Below are positions 37,108-47,483 of a DNA stretch of 51,026 nt, in pieces. The stretch is from a virus. Its lineage: Duplodnaviria; Caudoviricetes. Within the stretch, counting starts at the first letter, position 1. Every line of letters begins with the position of its first letter. The position numbers and the translations under genes are program-made. Where the stretch lies: IMG/VR virus record IMGVR_UViG_3300009095_000019, positions 1 to 51,026 of that record; one strand, 5' to 3'. The notes below the pieces were generated by a model, which saw only the letters and a program-made list of their open reading frames with translations, was not told the origin of the DNA and made no database searches.

Positions 37108-40100
37108 TTAGTCCGACTTGCGAGTACGGAACTGGATTTCCGCCAGCTCTGCCACCGCGTCCTTGTAGTTGGTGACGTTGTACTTTTTCTTCATTGCAGT
37201 CAGCTTGGCGCGCAGATCGGTTTTTCCTTTACCGAAATAGAACCAATGGCCCGGAGACTTGTACAGCTTAGTGCCCGTACCCGGAATGGTTTTGCCAATA
37301 TGCTTGATGATCGCAGGGTTGGTACGCAGGTCGATACACAGAAGCACTTCGTCTTCGCGGAAGACCGGGTAAATACGAACAATCTTGCGATTTTGCAGCA
37401 TACGCTGACGCACAGCGAAGAAGGACGGAAGCTCACTAACAGGTGCGAGTTTCAGATCGTACCAGAGTTTGTGAACCGCGTTCTTGCCCGGCTGGAATGC
37501 CCTGTTGATACCCTTGAAAACTTCGCGGGTAGCGTCAGTCAGCTCGAAATTGTCTTCGAACCAGTGGTAAACATCATGGAATTTCTTCTTGTTGTTTACC
37601 TCAACAAACACATACTCGGGAATCCAACGGAAAGCGTCTTCCTTCAGATTCACGTCTTCCTCGGTGTCAGCTTCCAAGGTCGGGAAACCATGGAAGTAAG
37701 CAGGCCACAACTCCATAGAAACCGCGACAGGCTTAGCAACACGCTCGCCGCGCTTGGTGTTGGGAACCGCAACCATGTCGGAAGTGCCGGGTTTAACAGC
37801 TGCCGGATCGGGTACGCGCTGCACACCTTCCACACCTTCGTTAACAGGGCGCCCGCGCTTGATATTCTCGCGACGTTTTTCGCCTGCTTCACTTTCACGG
37901 CGGATGATACGCTGCTGTTCCTTTTCCTGTTGCTCACGCATTTTCCGCTGACGTTCTTCCTCCTTTTCCTGCTCGCGCAATTGCTTCTCTTCACGAGCTG
38001 CCTTACGTTCAGCATTTTCCATCTGCGTGTTATTCGCGAAATTCGGAGCATCGAAGAATTCTGCCCATTCGGACGAACTGATCTTCGATTTTTCCGGCAC
38101 GTAAATAACGTCGAACGGCATACCGCCACGGAACGTCGGCATTCCATCCAAAGCTTTCTTGAACGAAACGGTTGCGGACGTGTACCGCTTGCCAGATCGG
38201 CGCAGGTTGGTAATAAGACCCGTGCCAAACTCAGTCACCACAGGCAGCGGAAGCAACGACAAAAGGTCGATATCTTCGTTCTGCCGGTTGATGGTTTCGA
38301 GCGTGCGCAGGTTCCATCCCTTCGGATCGTGAAGCTTCTGGTTATTCACGAACGGCAGGTAATCAAGCTTGTCAGAGCCGTCGAGTTTTCCAGCCGATTC
38401 GATTTCCAGCATTTCCGCACTCCGGCTCTTTTTCATCTGCCGGAATTCGTTATTCACCACGTCGTTCAGCGCAGTAATAGCACCGACTTGTCCGCTGTTT
38501 TCGTCGCCAGCAATCATGCTTTTGAATGGCTCGTCGCCGAAACCATCAGTGTTGCGAAGCATCGGAATACTCAGCTTGAGGCGAGTGTCTTCCTGTTCCG
38601 TAGGAACGTAGTGAGTTTTAAACACGTTTTCGTAGTCGGGGTTGCCGGCTTCGGTGAAACGCATTGTGTTGAAGGTTTTGGAAACGATCCGTGCGTACTT
38701 ACTAACCTCCATCGTCTTGTCGACGATAACATGGTCAAGGTAAATAATGTCACGAGTCATACGTCCAGCAAGTGCACCCTTGGCATCCGGGCGGAAAATA
38801 CGCGAAGAAGTCTGGTTAATTGCACCCGGACCCCAAGGCATTTCAACGCGGATCATTCGGTTTGCGATTTGCAGGTTGTACCCTTCGGTAATACGCTGCT
38901 CGTTCGCAATCAGAATCTCAACATCAGGTTCAGATTGGAAACGGTGGAACAGCTTCTTAACGTCGGATTTCTCACCAGCACGGGCTGCGTTAATCACGCT
39001 TTCAGGTACGGCGGCACCTTCCTTGATATCCATCGTGCCAGCGAACACCACGGATTTGCGCTTGTACTTGTCCGGCAGCGCGTCATAAATGCAATGCGCA
39101 GTGGAGTTGAATCGAGTGACAACGATAACCTTGCCCTTCGGCTCCAGCTTCCAGTAATCCGGGTTTTGATCCGGCGGAATTGCGTACTGCTCTTTAGGAA
39201 GCAGCTGCGCGTGAACGTTTTCAGTATCAAACTTGCGGACAACGTAAGTGTTGCCCTTGTACTGCACAAGGTTATGCTCACGGTATTGCGATGCTTCGCC
39301 AACAGCATTGTACCAACGGCCGTCGCGATTCCATTCCGGTGGGTTGAAGTGGTAATCGAGGATTTGGAGAATGGTTTTCACTTTGTTCGGAACATAGTTA
39401 CGGCCCTTCTCACCAAAAACGCTCAGGAACGCCGGGTCGCCTTGAGGCATTGTCGCCAGCATTTCAATTCGCGCAAGGTGCTGCTGCATCGCTTCCGAGC
39501 TGATTTCACCCATTTCGTTTTCGGAAAGGGGATCGTCGTCATCGTCGTCGTCACCTTTTTTCTTTTTCTTCGCTTCCTCTTCAGCCAGCGCCGCTACAGT
39601 GGCCTCAAGAACGTGCTCGTACAGCTTTTTATGAAGCTCTTGGTGCTCAATTTCTTCAGGACTGACGCCAGAGCGCGAATCCTCACCAAGCACGATGTTA
39701 GTCGGGTAAATTGTTTCAATAGGAGTGGGCAACATCCACGCCCATTCCTTGCGCTTTTTGATGATAAATGCACAATAACGCGAAAGTTTCGCCATGGCCC
39801 GCTTCGCATCGAGGCGGCGGTAGGACTTCAAGGCGAGACCGCTTTCGGTGTAGGCTGCTTCGTCGGCATCGTCAATGACTTGTTGCGGACTAATATCAGC
39901 GATTTCACCACGGCGGAAAATGTGAGGCGCGAACAGAGCGATCTGGCCTTCGATATCGCGAGCACGGTCAGGCATGATGGTGCCCGTCAGCAAACGCAAA
40001 TACTCGCACTTCGGAGAAGTGGTCAAAGACTTAATGATTTTGTGCCGCGCAGACTCGAACTTCTTCAGGTTGTGCGACTCATCGATGGCGATGTAATTCG

Positions 40101-43100
40101 CGCCGATCTGCTTGATCAGTTCGAAGTTCGGAGACACGGCGTGCATCCGGTTCCCGATACTGACGCGGCGGTTGCCGGCAGTCATAAACGTAAAGCTGGT
40201 CAGGAAAATGGTATTAGCCGGCGCCGATTTAATGCGCTCCAGCAACTGCGGGAAAGTCCAGCGATCTTTGATATCGGCGTTGATCGGGAAAACGTTGAAA
40301 TTTCCGCCGAGGAAATACTCGATATCAGCGGTCCACGTGTTAAGCAGGCCATCGGGTGCGATGATCAGGGGGACAATTTTCTTACCGACTTTTTGCATAT
40401 CACCAATAAGGGTGGCAATGTCGATAGTACCTTGTCCGGTTTTACCGCCGCCCGGCTCCAGAGCCAGAATCGCAAACGACGGCGGGTTTTCACCGCGCAG
40501 ATACGCCTGCGTTTCGACTTGGTGCGGGAACAGCATGCGCGGTTCTTTTTCGTTGTTCAGACCGTACACGTTAATGTCGGTATTGTCGAAACCGTCGCGA
40601 GGTTGGAAGGACTCTGACAGCTTTGTAGCACGCTCGAAAATAGCGTCCTTGTTGTCAAGATACTTAGTCATAAACTTGACTGCCGGCAGAACGTTATCCA
40701 GCAGCTCGTTGTTCGGAACAAGCGAAACTTCAGTGGTCAGCGGGCGCGTTTCGCCTCGATAATCGGGCAGAGTAGTCCCGAACTGATAGGTTTTGGCCTG
40801 ACCGTTTTTGTAGGTCATTGCCTCGGCCGGCGTAATTTCACCGACAGCATCCATAATCAGTTTGAGAACCTGACCGCCAAGGTAACGGAACAAGCGCGGG
40901 AAATCCGACATTGGGCTCATACGCGGGTCGAAATAAAACTCGCTTTCGCTCAGCGCGTCTTCAATGTCGGCAGCCGACGGGTAGCGGCCGTTTTCCTCGC
41001 GGTATTCCGAAGTGGTACGCATCAGCAGCAGGCTACGCGTATCAGCTGCGGAGCTATCCGCAACAGCTGCGTTTACCATGCTGATAACAGCACGCATCGG
41101 GGCGTTACCGGCTTGGAAATTTCCGTCTTTATCAATGTAACGTACGTAGATCGACAGAGCATCGTGTTCCGGCGGATTGCTCGGAATTTTTTCATACCCA
41201 AGGTTTGCCATGGCGCGCTTGATAATGTCATCAAGCTTAGGTGCCTTGTTTTCAACGTAGGCGCGATAAATCCAAGTGCGGATAATCTTGCCGAAAACGT
41301 TCGACTCGTCAACAAATTCAGGATACTTGGAAGCATCCATGATATGCCGTTCGAGCTGTTCGTTCGACATTGCATTACCTGCGATGTAAGGAAGCGCTTC
41401 GTTAAAGCTACGGCGGATCGGGGTCTCACCCTCACGGGCGAGGTCCATGCCCAAAAAGTCTGCAATCGCAAGATCGTCTGGTTCTACACCACTGGCACCA
41501 ACAGAGCCAATACCGCGACCAGTGTTTAGAACGCCCGGCGTGAAAGTAGCGCGTGCTTCTACCTTGTTATCCCAGTCGTAACCAACAATGACGCCTTCAA
41601 ACTCACGCAGCTTGTTGCGGAGCTGTTTGATCTTTTCTACGTCGTCATTACGCGCGAACGGATATTTCTCATGGATGTTATCCATGTAAAAAGCAGCCAG
41701 AGGCAAGCCAGCGTCCGCAAGGAATTCCATGATTTCACTGGAAAGGGCTTCGTATTCCTTGGCCATTTCCATGTTACCACGCTCACTGTTGCTGGGGCGC
41801 ATGCTGAATGCGCCGTTCGAAGTGATATAAATACCGTCTTCGTTAGTGCGGGTATCTTCCACAACCAAACCGGCATCGCGCTTGCGCTTCTCGATAGAAA
41901 GAAGGCGGGAAGTCGCAACCGAATAACGCGGAATATCAGCAGGCTTGATAGATGCGCCGGCGCTGCTTTTGGAATTACCGCGACCCGGAGCCTTGGCTTG
42001 CATGTACTGCGAACGCCATACCGAGAACCAGTTGGAAATAACGCCGTAATCCGGCTTTTCGTTTTCGTCCTGCTGGCAGATATAGTTGGCGATATCTTTT
42101 TCCAGCGTGAAGCGCATCGTACCGAAGCAAACAAAGTTAAGGTCGACAACTTCCTTAATTACCGAAGCCGCAGTCAAACGTTCTGCAAGGGCAGTGTCCC
42201 CGTTGGCGTTGGCAAGGCTCTGTTGGTGGGCGCGGCACGCTTCCTGACTCGGTGTGCTAAACAGTTCGATCTGGATGAACTGTTCAAAACTCGAATCAAT
42301 GGAAAGAGGCGAAGTAAAAAGCTTTTCGGGCAGGGCGAAACCGACGTTACGCTGCCAAATAGCCATCAGGTTGGAAGCGATATCTTCAGAAACTTTCAGG
42401 GTACGCGCGTGCGCACGCAGCGGAGAGCCGTTATAACCGTTCAGGTATTCGCGGGTCTCACGCATCACCTTCAGAATTTTCTGGCCAAAACTAGACAGCC
42501 AACGATCCGTGCGCACGCGTTCGACGTAGGAAGCGTCTTGCGAGAATTCGTAAGAAAAAGAACGGCCGGCATGGCGATTATCGGCAGAGCGACCAAAGGG
42601 TACACCGTCCGGGGAAGTTCCGTCAGTAGGCTGAATTACGAACGAGCGATCACCGCTCATAGTAATATCAACACCACCCTTGTACCGAGCGCTCGGTACA
42701 ACACTGAAATCGTACGTGCTAAGGGCGCGCATACGCTGAGCATACGCAACAACTTCTTGCGCAATAGAAGAAGCAGAGCGGCGATGTTGCATCTGATTGT
42801 GCATCAGATATTCAACGCGTTCACGTTGCGCAGCTTCATCCATATCGGACAAGCGCTGGGCTTCACCCATCAGGGCACGCAAAAACCCGGAATAAAAGTT
42901 CACGTCAGCAGTAATTTGTGCCACGTAAACCATCAGCGGGTAGAAAATACCCTTGGTGGCGCTTTTGTCTTGGAAGAAGAACTTGGTGTAGTCAGCGTCG
43001 CGATCCGGGGGCAGTTCGTGAGTCTGGAAAATGTTCTTCAGTGCGTCGGCCTGCGCACTCGCTTCTTCGCGAATTTGCTTGGTATTAGTCGGGTCCATCG

Positions 43101-43185
43101 CAGCATCATCCGCAGCCGTGGCAAGGTAGTCGCCGCTGTAAGTTTCTTCGCCGGTTTCCGGCCAGAAATTGTCGTTAAAGCTCAT
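37108..43185 (-). CDS. Giant SNF2-family helicase/ATPase, possibly virion-packaged (2025 aa)
   Basis: LFPHQ, LEPGGGKT, IIAP, IDESH, LLTGT, EGYNLQ, MPWGP and Q..SRIFR motifs. Confidence 0.85.
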   Translation of the reverse strand: MSFNDNFWPETGEETYSGDYLATAADDAAMDPTNTKQIREEASAQADALKNIFQTHELPPDRDADYTKFFFQDKSATKGIFYPLMVYVAQITADVNFYSGFLRALMGEAQRLSDMDEAAQRERVEYLMHNQMQHRRSASSIAQEVVAYAQRMRALSTYDFSVVPSARYKGGVDITMSGDRSFVIQPTDGTSPDGVPFGRSADNRHAGRSFSYEFSQDASYVERVRTDRWLSSFGQKILKVMRETREYLNGYNGSPLRAHARTLKVSEDIASNLMAIWQRNVGFALPEKLFTSPLSIDSSFEQFIQIELFSTPSQEACRAHQQSLANANGDTALAERLTAASVIKEVVDLNFVCFGTMRFTLEKDIANYICQQDENEKPDYGVISNWFSVWRSQYMQAKAPGRGNSKSSAGASIKPADIPRYSVATSRLLSIEKRKRDAGLVVEDTRTNEDGIYITSNGAFSMRPSNSERGNMEMAKEYEALSSEIMEFLADAGLPLAAFYMDNIHEKYPFARNDDVEKIKQLRNKLREFEGVIVGYDWDNKVEARATFTPGVLNTGRGIGSVGASGVEPDDLAIADFLGMDLAREGETPIRRSFNEALPYIAGNAMSNEQLERHIMDASKYPEFVDESNVFGKIIRTWIYRAYVENKAPKLDDIIKRAMANLGYEKIPSNPPEHDALSIYVRYIDKDGNFQAGNAPMRAVISMVNAAVADSSAADTRSLLLMRTTSEYREENGRYPSAADIEDALSESEFYFDPRMSPMSDFPRLFRYLGGQVLKLIMDAVGEITPAEAMTYKNGQAKTYQFGTTLPDYRGETRPLTTEVSLVPNNELLDNVLPAVKFMTKYLDNKDAIFERATKLSESFQPRDGFDNTDINVYGLNNEKEPRMLFPHQVETQAYLRGENPPSFAILALEPGGGKTGQGTIDIATLIGDMQKVGKKIVPLIIAPDGLLNTWTADIEYFLGGNFNVFPINADIKDRWTFPQLLERIKSAPANTIFLTSFTFMTAGNRRVSIGNRMHAVSPNFELIKQIGANYIAIDESHNLKKFESARHKIIKSLTTSPKCEYLRLLTGTIMPDRARDIEGQIALFAPHIFRRGEIADISPQQVIDDADEAAYTESGLALKSYRRLDAKRAMAKLSRYCAFIIKKRKEWAWMLPTPIETIYPTNIVLGEDSRSGVSPEEIEHQELHKKLYEHVLEATVAALAEEEAKKKKKGDDDDDDDPLSENEMGEISSEAMQQHLARIEMLATMPQGDPAFLSVFGEKGRNYVPNKVKTILQILDYHFNPPEWNRDGRWYNAVGEASQYREHNLVQYKGNTYVVRKFDTENVHAQLLPKEQYAIPPDQNPDYWKLEPKGKVIVVTRFNSTAHCIYDALPDKYKRKSVVFAGTMDIKEGAAVPESVINAARAGEKSDVKKLFHRFQSEPDVEILIANEQRITEGYNLQIANRMIRVEMPWGPGAINQTSSRIFRPDAKGALAGRMTRDIIYLDHVIVDKTMEVSKYARIVSKTFNTMRFTEAGNPDYENVFKTHYVPTEQEDTRLKLSIPMLRNTDGFGDEPFKSMIAGDENSGQVGAITALNDVVNNEFRQMKKSRSAEMLEIESAGKLDGSDKLDYLPFVNNQKLHDPKGWNLRTLETINRQNEDIDLLSLLPLPVVTEFGTGLITNLRRSGKRYTSATVSFKKALDGMPTFRGGMPFDVIYVPEKSKISSSEWAEFFDAPNFANNTQMENAERKAAREEKQLREQEKEEERQRKMREQQEKEQQRIIRRESEAGEKRRENIKRGRPVNEGVEGVQRVPDPAAVKPGTSDMVAVPNTKRGERVAKPVAVSMELWPAYFHGFPTLEADTEEDVNLKEDAFRWIPEYVFVEVNNKKKFHDVYHWFEDNFELTDATREVFKGINRAFQPGKNAVHKLWYDLKLAPVSELPSFFAVRQRMLQNRKIVRIYPVFREDEVLLCIDLRTNPAIIKHIGKTIPGTGTKLYKSPGHWFYFGKGKTDLRAKLTAMKKKYNVTNYKDAVAELAEIQFRTRKSD

Positions 43186-43627
43186 TCAGTTCGCCTCCGT
43201 TAGCGATAACTTCTTGCCACGAGCGCATGCCCTTGTGGTTGTTGTCTTGTGCAACGTGCATCAATGCACGACACAATGCGAGGCGCTCATCCTCAGCATA
43301 AGTGAGGACGGTATTGCGCTCGTAATTACTTTGCAGAACGGCCATAGGCTGTTCGCGCAGCTGTGCGTAAAAACCGTCTTCCATTTCCTTCAACTTGTCC
43401 ATGTCAAACTCTGGCTTGTCTTCGATAGCCAGAGTAAGGTAATTCTCAACAAATTCTTCGTGCTGATCCTGAAGATCGTTGCGCAAAGATTCGAGAACAC
43501 CGATCACAGCAGACAGACGCTCTTCGGCAGGCACACTGGTTTTGCGTGCAAGCAACAACGCCAATTCCGTATCCGAAATGGATTTTTCGAGGTTCATGTT
43601 AAGGTCTCCATTGTTGCCCTCCGCCAC
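43175..43627 (-). CDS. Hypothetical acidic helical protein
   Basis: In-operon ORF overlapping its neighbours. Confidence 0.7.
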   Translation of the reverse strand: MAEGNNGDLNMNLEKSISDTELALLLARKTSVPAEERLSAVIGVLESLRNDLQDQHEEFVENYLTLAIEDKPEFDMDKLKEMEDGFYAQLREQPMAVLQSNYERNTVLTYAEDERLALCRALMHVAQDNNHKGMRSWQEVIANGGELNEL

Positions 43628-44223
43628 AAGGCAGTAAGCTGTTTTTCCAAATCACTGTACATTGGAACCGCTTCCGCGACGAACACAGAATAGCGCATTA
43701 CCAAAGTTTCGTTTTTCAAAGCCGCGATCTTAATCCTGCAATTGGCGTCCCCGTAAACGAGAACAAAATCCCGATCAATCAATGCAGCGCGACTGTTCGG
43801 GAGCTTTTCAGGGAAAGGGTAGGCTTTGAATATCTTCGCGTGTACCATGCGTTCCACAAGGTAGCGCAAGGCCATTCGTTGCGGCCTTAGTGTACACTCA
43901 CCATGAATAACGAAACGTTCCACGATGTTGGTCATCGTGTCCGCTACCAATTCAAAGTTGTATACGTGTCTTTCAGGTGCCATGTGGTGCAGCAAGTAAG
44001 ACATGCGAACTCTATGAATAAAAGGCTCGTAAATCTTATTTACAGTAATAAAATTCGAAACCCTTTTCTTGTGTCGGATGTTTACCCGTGCCTGTCGTAG
44101 CAGTATGCGGAAACCCTCAGCCAGTAGGTCTACATTCCGAATGAATTTGCGCGGCACCGGATTCTTCAGAAATTCTTTCCACGCACCCAAGAATGCGTCG
44201 TTTATATCTCTAGGTAGTCGCAT
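43594..44223 (-). CDS. Hypothetical basic protein (209 aa)
   Basis: In-operon ORF. Confidence 0.65.
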   Translation of the reverse strand: MRLPRDINDAFLGAWKEFLKNPVPRKFIRNVDLLAEGFRILLRQARVNIRHKKRVSNFITVNKIYEPFIHRVRMSYLLHHMAPERHVYNFELVADTMTNIVERFVIHGECTLRPQRMALRYLVERMVHAKIFKAYPFPEKLPNSRAALIDRDFVLVYGDANCRIKIAALKNETLVMRYSVFVAEAVPMYSDLEKQLTALWRRATMETLT

Positions 44224-44560
44224 TTCGTTTGGCCATGATCAAGTGTTTAGCTTGCTTGTGTCCCGGTCTCTTCGCGTGGCAAAAATCACAAAGGGTCCAG
44301 AGGTTGTGCATTACGCTTTGTCCACCGCGCGCCACCTGTCGAATATGATCGACTTGCAGAAATTCCGTACGTGAGCATAAGCGGCATTTGAAACCGTCAC
44401 GTGCTTTTACTTTGGCACAAAGTTCTGCCCACGTAAAGCGATCACCATAAGCCTGCTCACCGGAGCGCCGCACTTTAGCCACGACTTTCGGTTTACTGGG
44501 TCCGGTACTGATTCTTTTCACCTTCGCAGGTGCAACACGCTTTCTCACAGTACACCTCAC
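44210..44560 (-). CDS. HNH endonuclease
   Basis: RDGFKCRLC...VDHI....GG....NL..LC..CH motif. Confidence 0.9.
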   Translation of the reverse strand: MRCTVRKRVAPAKVKRISTGPSKPKVVAKVRRSGEQAYGDRFTWAELCAKVKARDGFKCRLCSRTEFLQVDHIRQVARGGQSVMHNLWTLCDFCHAKRPGHKQAKHLIMAKRNATT

Positions 44561-45327
44561 GAAAGAATCGATTTAATGCGTTCTATGCTTTGCAGGTATT
44601 CCTGCTGAAGGGAAGAGGCACATTCGTGAATCGTGTTTTGAAGCTTTTTCTCGATCATGATCCGGGCGTCCTCATCGCGCACTTCCTTGGCGATGGAATG
44701 CTGTAGGTTAAACAGCAGATCGATCAGAGTCTGGCCTACCGTTTTGTGGTAAGGCATCAAAACAAGCTGCTCAATCTCCGCCAGCTGTGCAGAAATGTCT
44801 CGCGATGCACGAAGGTCCGCAATAAGCTCGCGAATCTGGCTGTAAATAGTGTTTAACGCATAAACGTCGCGGTTGTAAATGCGCTCTTCCATCTGATCTT
44901 CGAGCTGGGATGCCATAGAAACCAGCTTTTCAAACATACGCCGCGCTTCGGCATCGTACTCGTCCACAGGCGCGGGTAGTTGCACAAATTCTTGAACTGC
45001 GGCCATTGCACGTTCGCGTTTTACGGCCGACTTTTTGATAGATTTCGCAGAAGCGGGGGCATCGATTACAGCAACAGCTTTAGATTCAGAATTTTTAGTC
45101 TTCTTTTTCTTAGGCTCTGCAACTGCCTCTATAAGCTCAGGCTTGCGTTTCTTTTTCTTCTCGATTTTCTGGCCAGCCTTGTAACGATTATCTTCAATGA
45201 CAATCTCGGGGCGTTCGACCGGCTTGGTCTTCTTCTTCTTTTTCTTTACTGCACGCCGACCTGCATCTGCATCGGGGTTGTCGATATTTGGATCGCGTTG
45301 GCCACTTATGTTGATAGTTTTCATCAA
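44557..45327 (-). CDS. Lys-rich N-terminus plus helical C-terminal protein (possible DNA-binding/packaging role)
   Basis: Three poly-Lys runs followed by amphipathic helices; upstream of the HNH gene. Confidence 0.55.
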   Translation of the reverse strand: MMKTINISGQRDPNIDNPDADAGRRAVKKKKKKTKPVERPEIVIEDNRYKAGQKIEKKKKRKPELIEAVAEPKKKKTKNSESKAVAVIDAPASAKSIKKSAVKRERAMAAVQEFVQLPAPVDEYDAEARRMFEKLVSMASQLEDQMEERIYNRDVYALNTIYSQIRELIADLRASRDISAQLAEIEQLVLMPYHKTVGQTLIDLLFNLQHSIAKEVRDEDARIMIEKKLQNTIHECASSLQQEYLQSIERIKSILS

Positions 45328-45347
45328 GCACCCGATGTTTAAACGGA

Positions 45348-45369
45348 AGAAGGGGCCGCAGCCCCTTCT
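45348..45369 (-). terminator. Hairpin, probably a partial terminator
   Basis: AGAAGGGGC-TGCG-GCCCCTTCT after the stop at 45376, with a weak U-tract. Confidence 0.5.
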
Positions 45370-45375
45370 ATTTAG

Positions 45376-46221
45376 TTAGAAGAACGCATGTGCGCGGAAG
45401 CGACGCATAAATTCTTCGTAGTATGCGGGGCGGCGGGCAAACACGCGAGCGTAATACTTGGCAATCATATCCAGATTAACACTGGATGCGGTAGCCATGA
45501 TTTGCTGGTCTTCCGGGTCTTCCGGTACTTCGTGCTCAGCAGCCGCCACAACCATTTCACGGTTAACGGTTTCGGTTTCACCGTCCGGGCGCACCACTTG
45601 CATTTGGAAAGTATCGGTGCCGTCGGCGTTGACGATTGCGGCACACGCAATACCCATTTCAACGCGGCCGCTTTGCTCGCTCACGTAGGAGATAAGATCG
45701 CCGCCTTCGATGCTGGCACGAGCAACAGCGTTGTCATGCCCAATATTGCGCATACCGAAATCGTTATGATCGGTAGAAGCAACGGCCATGAGTTGCTGCA
45801 TTACAGCATAATCGTCAGCCGCAATAGACTTGACGAGGATTTGGCCGGTGGCAGTGTCCTTCAGTGCCCACATGTTTTCGTCGTCGTCCATAAACAGGTT
45901 CGAAGCGACAGCCTTGTATTGCGAGCGGTTGGCATCATTCAGAACGATGCGCTCCGAAACGATGCCGACGATACCTTCGAAGGCAACCTTACTGGCATCG
46001 CTGGCCAGCGCAAGGAAAGAACCTTCAATGGGAGTGACGTTCTTGAAATTCGCGCTGATGCTTTGCTTGATTTGTTGCGGGGTAGTGCCAGCAGCAGCTA
46101 CAGCAACGATACGCGCAAAACGATCACCAACCGGGAATACGTCGCGAATTTGAATGGTTTTGGTTGCAGAAGCGACGGCCTTGGAAAGAGCCGCATCGAG
46201 CATGTTACGAGTGGTTTGCAT
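45376..46221 (-). CDS. Putative abundant head protein rich in AxAS motifs
   Basis: Start MQTT at 46221 has a GGAG RBS (track start 46251). The gene has its own promoter-like motif and hairpin and five AxAS sites. Confidence 0.6.
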   Translation of the reverse strand: MQTTRNMLDAALSKAVASATKTIQIRDVFPVGDRFARIVAVAAAGTTPQQIKQSISANFKNVTPIEGSFLALASDASKVAFEGIVGIVSERIVLNDANRSQYKAVASNLFMDDDENMWALKDTATGQILVKSIAADDYAVMQQLMAVASTDHNDFGMRNIGHDNAVARASIEGGDLISYVSEQSGRVEMGIACAAIVNADGTDTFQMQVVRPDGETETVNREMVVAAAEHEVPEDPEDQQIMATASSVNLDMIAKYYARVFARRPAYYEEFMRRFRAHAFF

Positions 46222-46264
46222 TGGAGTCTCCGTTGATTTGGAAGTGGCCACTTCCTTCAGTAAT

Positions 46265-46271
46265 AAATTAC
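46265..46271 (-). promoter_or_regulatory. Candidate late promoter motif GTAATTT
   Basis: Intergenic, about 45 nt upstream of 46221. Confidence 0.45.
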
Positions 46272-46274
46272 GCT

Positions 46275-47483
46275 TTAGAAGTAACTGCGCATCCAGCCAC
46301 CACCACGTCTTTGACTGGGTAGCATACGCGTAGTTGGGGAGTTGGTAATGCTAAGCATACCAATAGCGCCACTACCATCGATGAATTGGCCGCCCTGTGA
46401 ACCATCACCAGCAATGACGCCGGCTTTAGCAAGCAGCTTCTTCAATGGTTTTACGCTATTTTCAATTTGCGATTCGATCCGTCCCAGCGCACTTTCAATG
46501 GCCGGCGTACGGTCGATGTTAAGGCTTGTGGTTTGTCCACCGAAATCAAATGCCAGTGCACCTTCCGCCTGAATCTGTGCACCAAGCGCATACATGGCGC
46601 TACACGTCAGCCACGCATCAAGCAAATGCCCTTGCATGTTGGTGCCGGTAAAATTCGTAATGGTCGGCTGCAAACCGTTGAAATATGAAAGACCTCGCGC
46701 CAAGCATTCCAGCAAATCCGCCTGCGTATACTCAAGCTCAGGGATGATGTTCTCAAGGCGGGCCTTGTTAATAAAATCTTCAAGCTGGCGTGCAGCAAGA
46801 AGAATCTGCGGAGTGACTGCCCAAACCTTATAAGTATATGTGTCGTGCACTCTCTTATTCAAAGGCTTGTGTCGAACCAGCAACGAAAGCGGGTACATTT
46901 GAGGCTGGCCCACAACAGCAGGCATATCAACAATGGTTCCGCTGTTGGTTGTTTCGACTTTCACAGCTGTATTCGAGGCTTGCAGGTTTTCGTACACAGC
47001 TTTGTTGTTGAAGTAAAGGGAAAACGCCAGCTCGTCGCCGGCTTGACCTTGTATAGCGGCCTTGCGTTTCGACACATCTGCCTTTTTCGCAGCGACGGGC
47101 GCTTTATAACGGAAAGGCAAATTCAACTGCATGCGAATATCGTGTCCCGACACAAGAATAATGTCTTCGTCTCGCCGCTCTGTTGCAGGGTCCACCCAAA
47201 TATCAGTGCGTGCAGTGTGGCGACCTTCGTCGGTCTGCATCGCCCAACGCGCAATCAGTTTCACGCGATCACGCAAATCCATTTTCGGGATTGGCAGATC
47301 AGCGCGCCAAGCTCCGCGCTCACTTGCTTCGGGAGATGCGGTTACTTCAGCAAGGATGGATTTTTCCGAGTCGTAAAGTCTGACGATGGGCGCGCCGTCA
47401 GAATCACTCGGAATTAATGGCTCATCCCAATCGTCGAGAAAAAGCTCGACAATTGAATGAGTTGTGCCTTCGTACACACTCAT
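46275..47483 (-). CDS. Putative neck/head-tail adaptor protein with N-terminal Ig-like domains
   Basis: The C-terminal ELEYT..DL...L..GL..FN...P...FT...FDFGGQ..SL.IDR region resembles connector proteins. Confidence 0.5.
   Translation of the reverse strand: MSVYEGTTHSIVELFLDDWDEPLIPSDSDGAPIVRLYDSEKSILAEVTASPEASERGAWRADLPIPKMDLRDRVKLIARWAMQTDEGRHTARTDIWVDPATERRDEDIILVSGHDIRMQLNLPFRYKAPVAAKKADVSKRKAAIQGQAGDELAFSLYFNNKAVYENLQASNTAVKVETTNSGTIVDMPAVVGQPQMYPLSLLVRHKPLNKRVHDTYTYKVWAVTPQILLAARQLEDFINKARLENIIPELEYTQADLLECLARGLSYFNGLQPTITNFTGTNMQGHLLDAWLTCSAMYALGAQIQAEGALAFDFGGQTTSLNIDRTPAIESALGRIESQIENSVKPLKKLLAKAGVIAGDGSQGGQFIDGSGAIGMLSITNSPTTRMLPSQRRGGGWMRSYF

Noticed and set aside
37246-43203. Long plus-strand ORFs (1123 aa, 510 aa)
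   Set aside because: They are antisense shadows of the SNF2 gene caused by codon bias and carry no motifs.
18884-44047. Extra CTGTAAA matches inside genes (near 18890, 29965 and 44040)
   Set aside because: They are partial matches within coding sequence and cannot be distinguished from chance.
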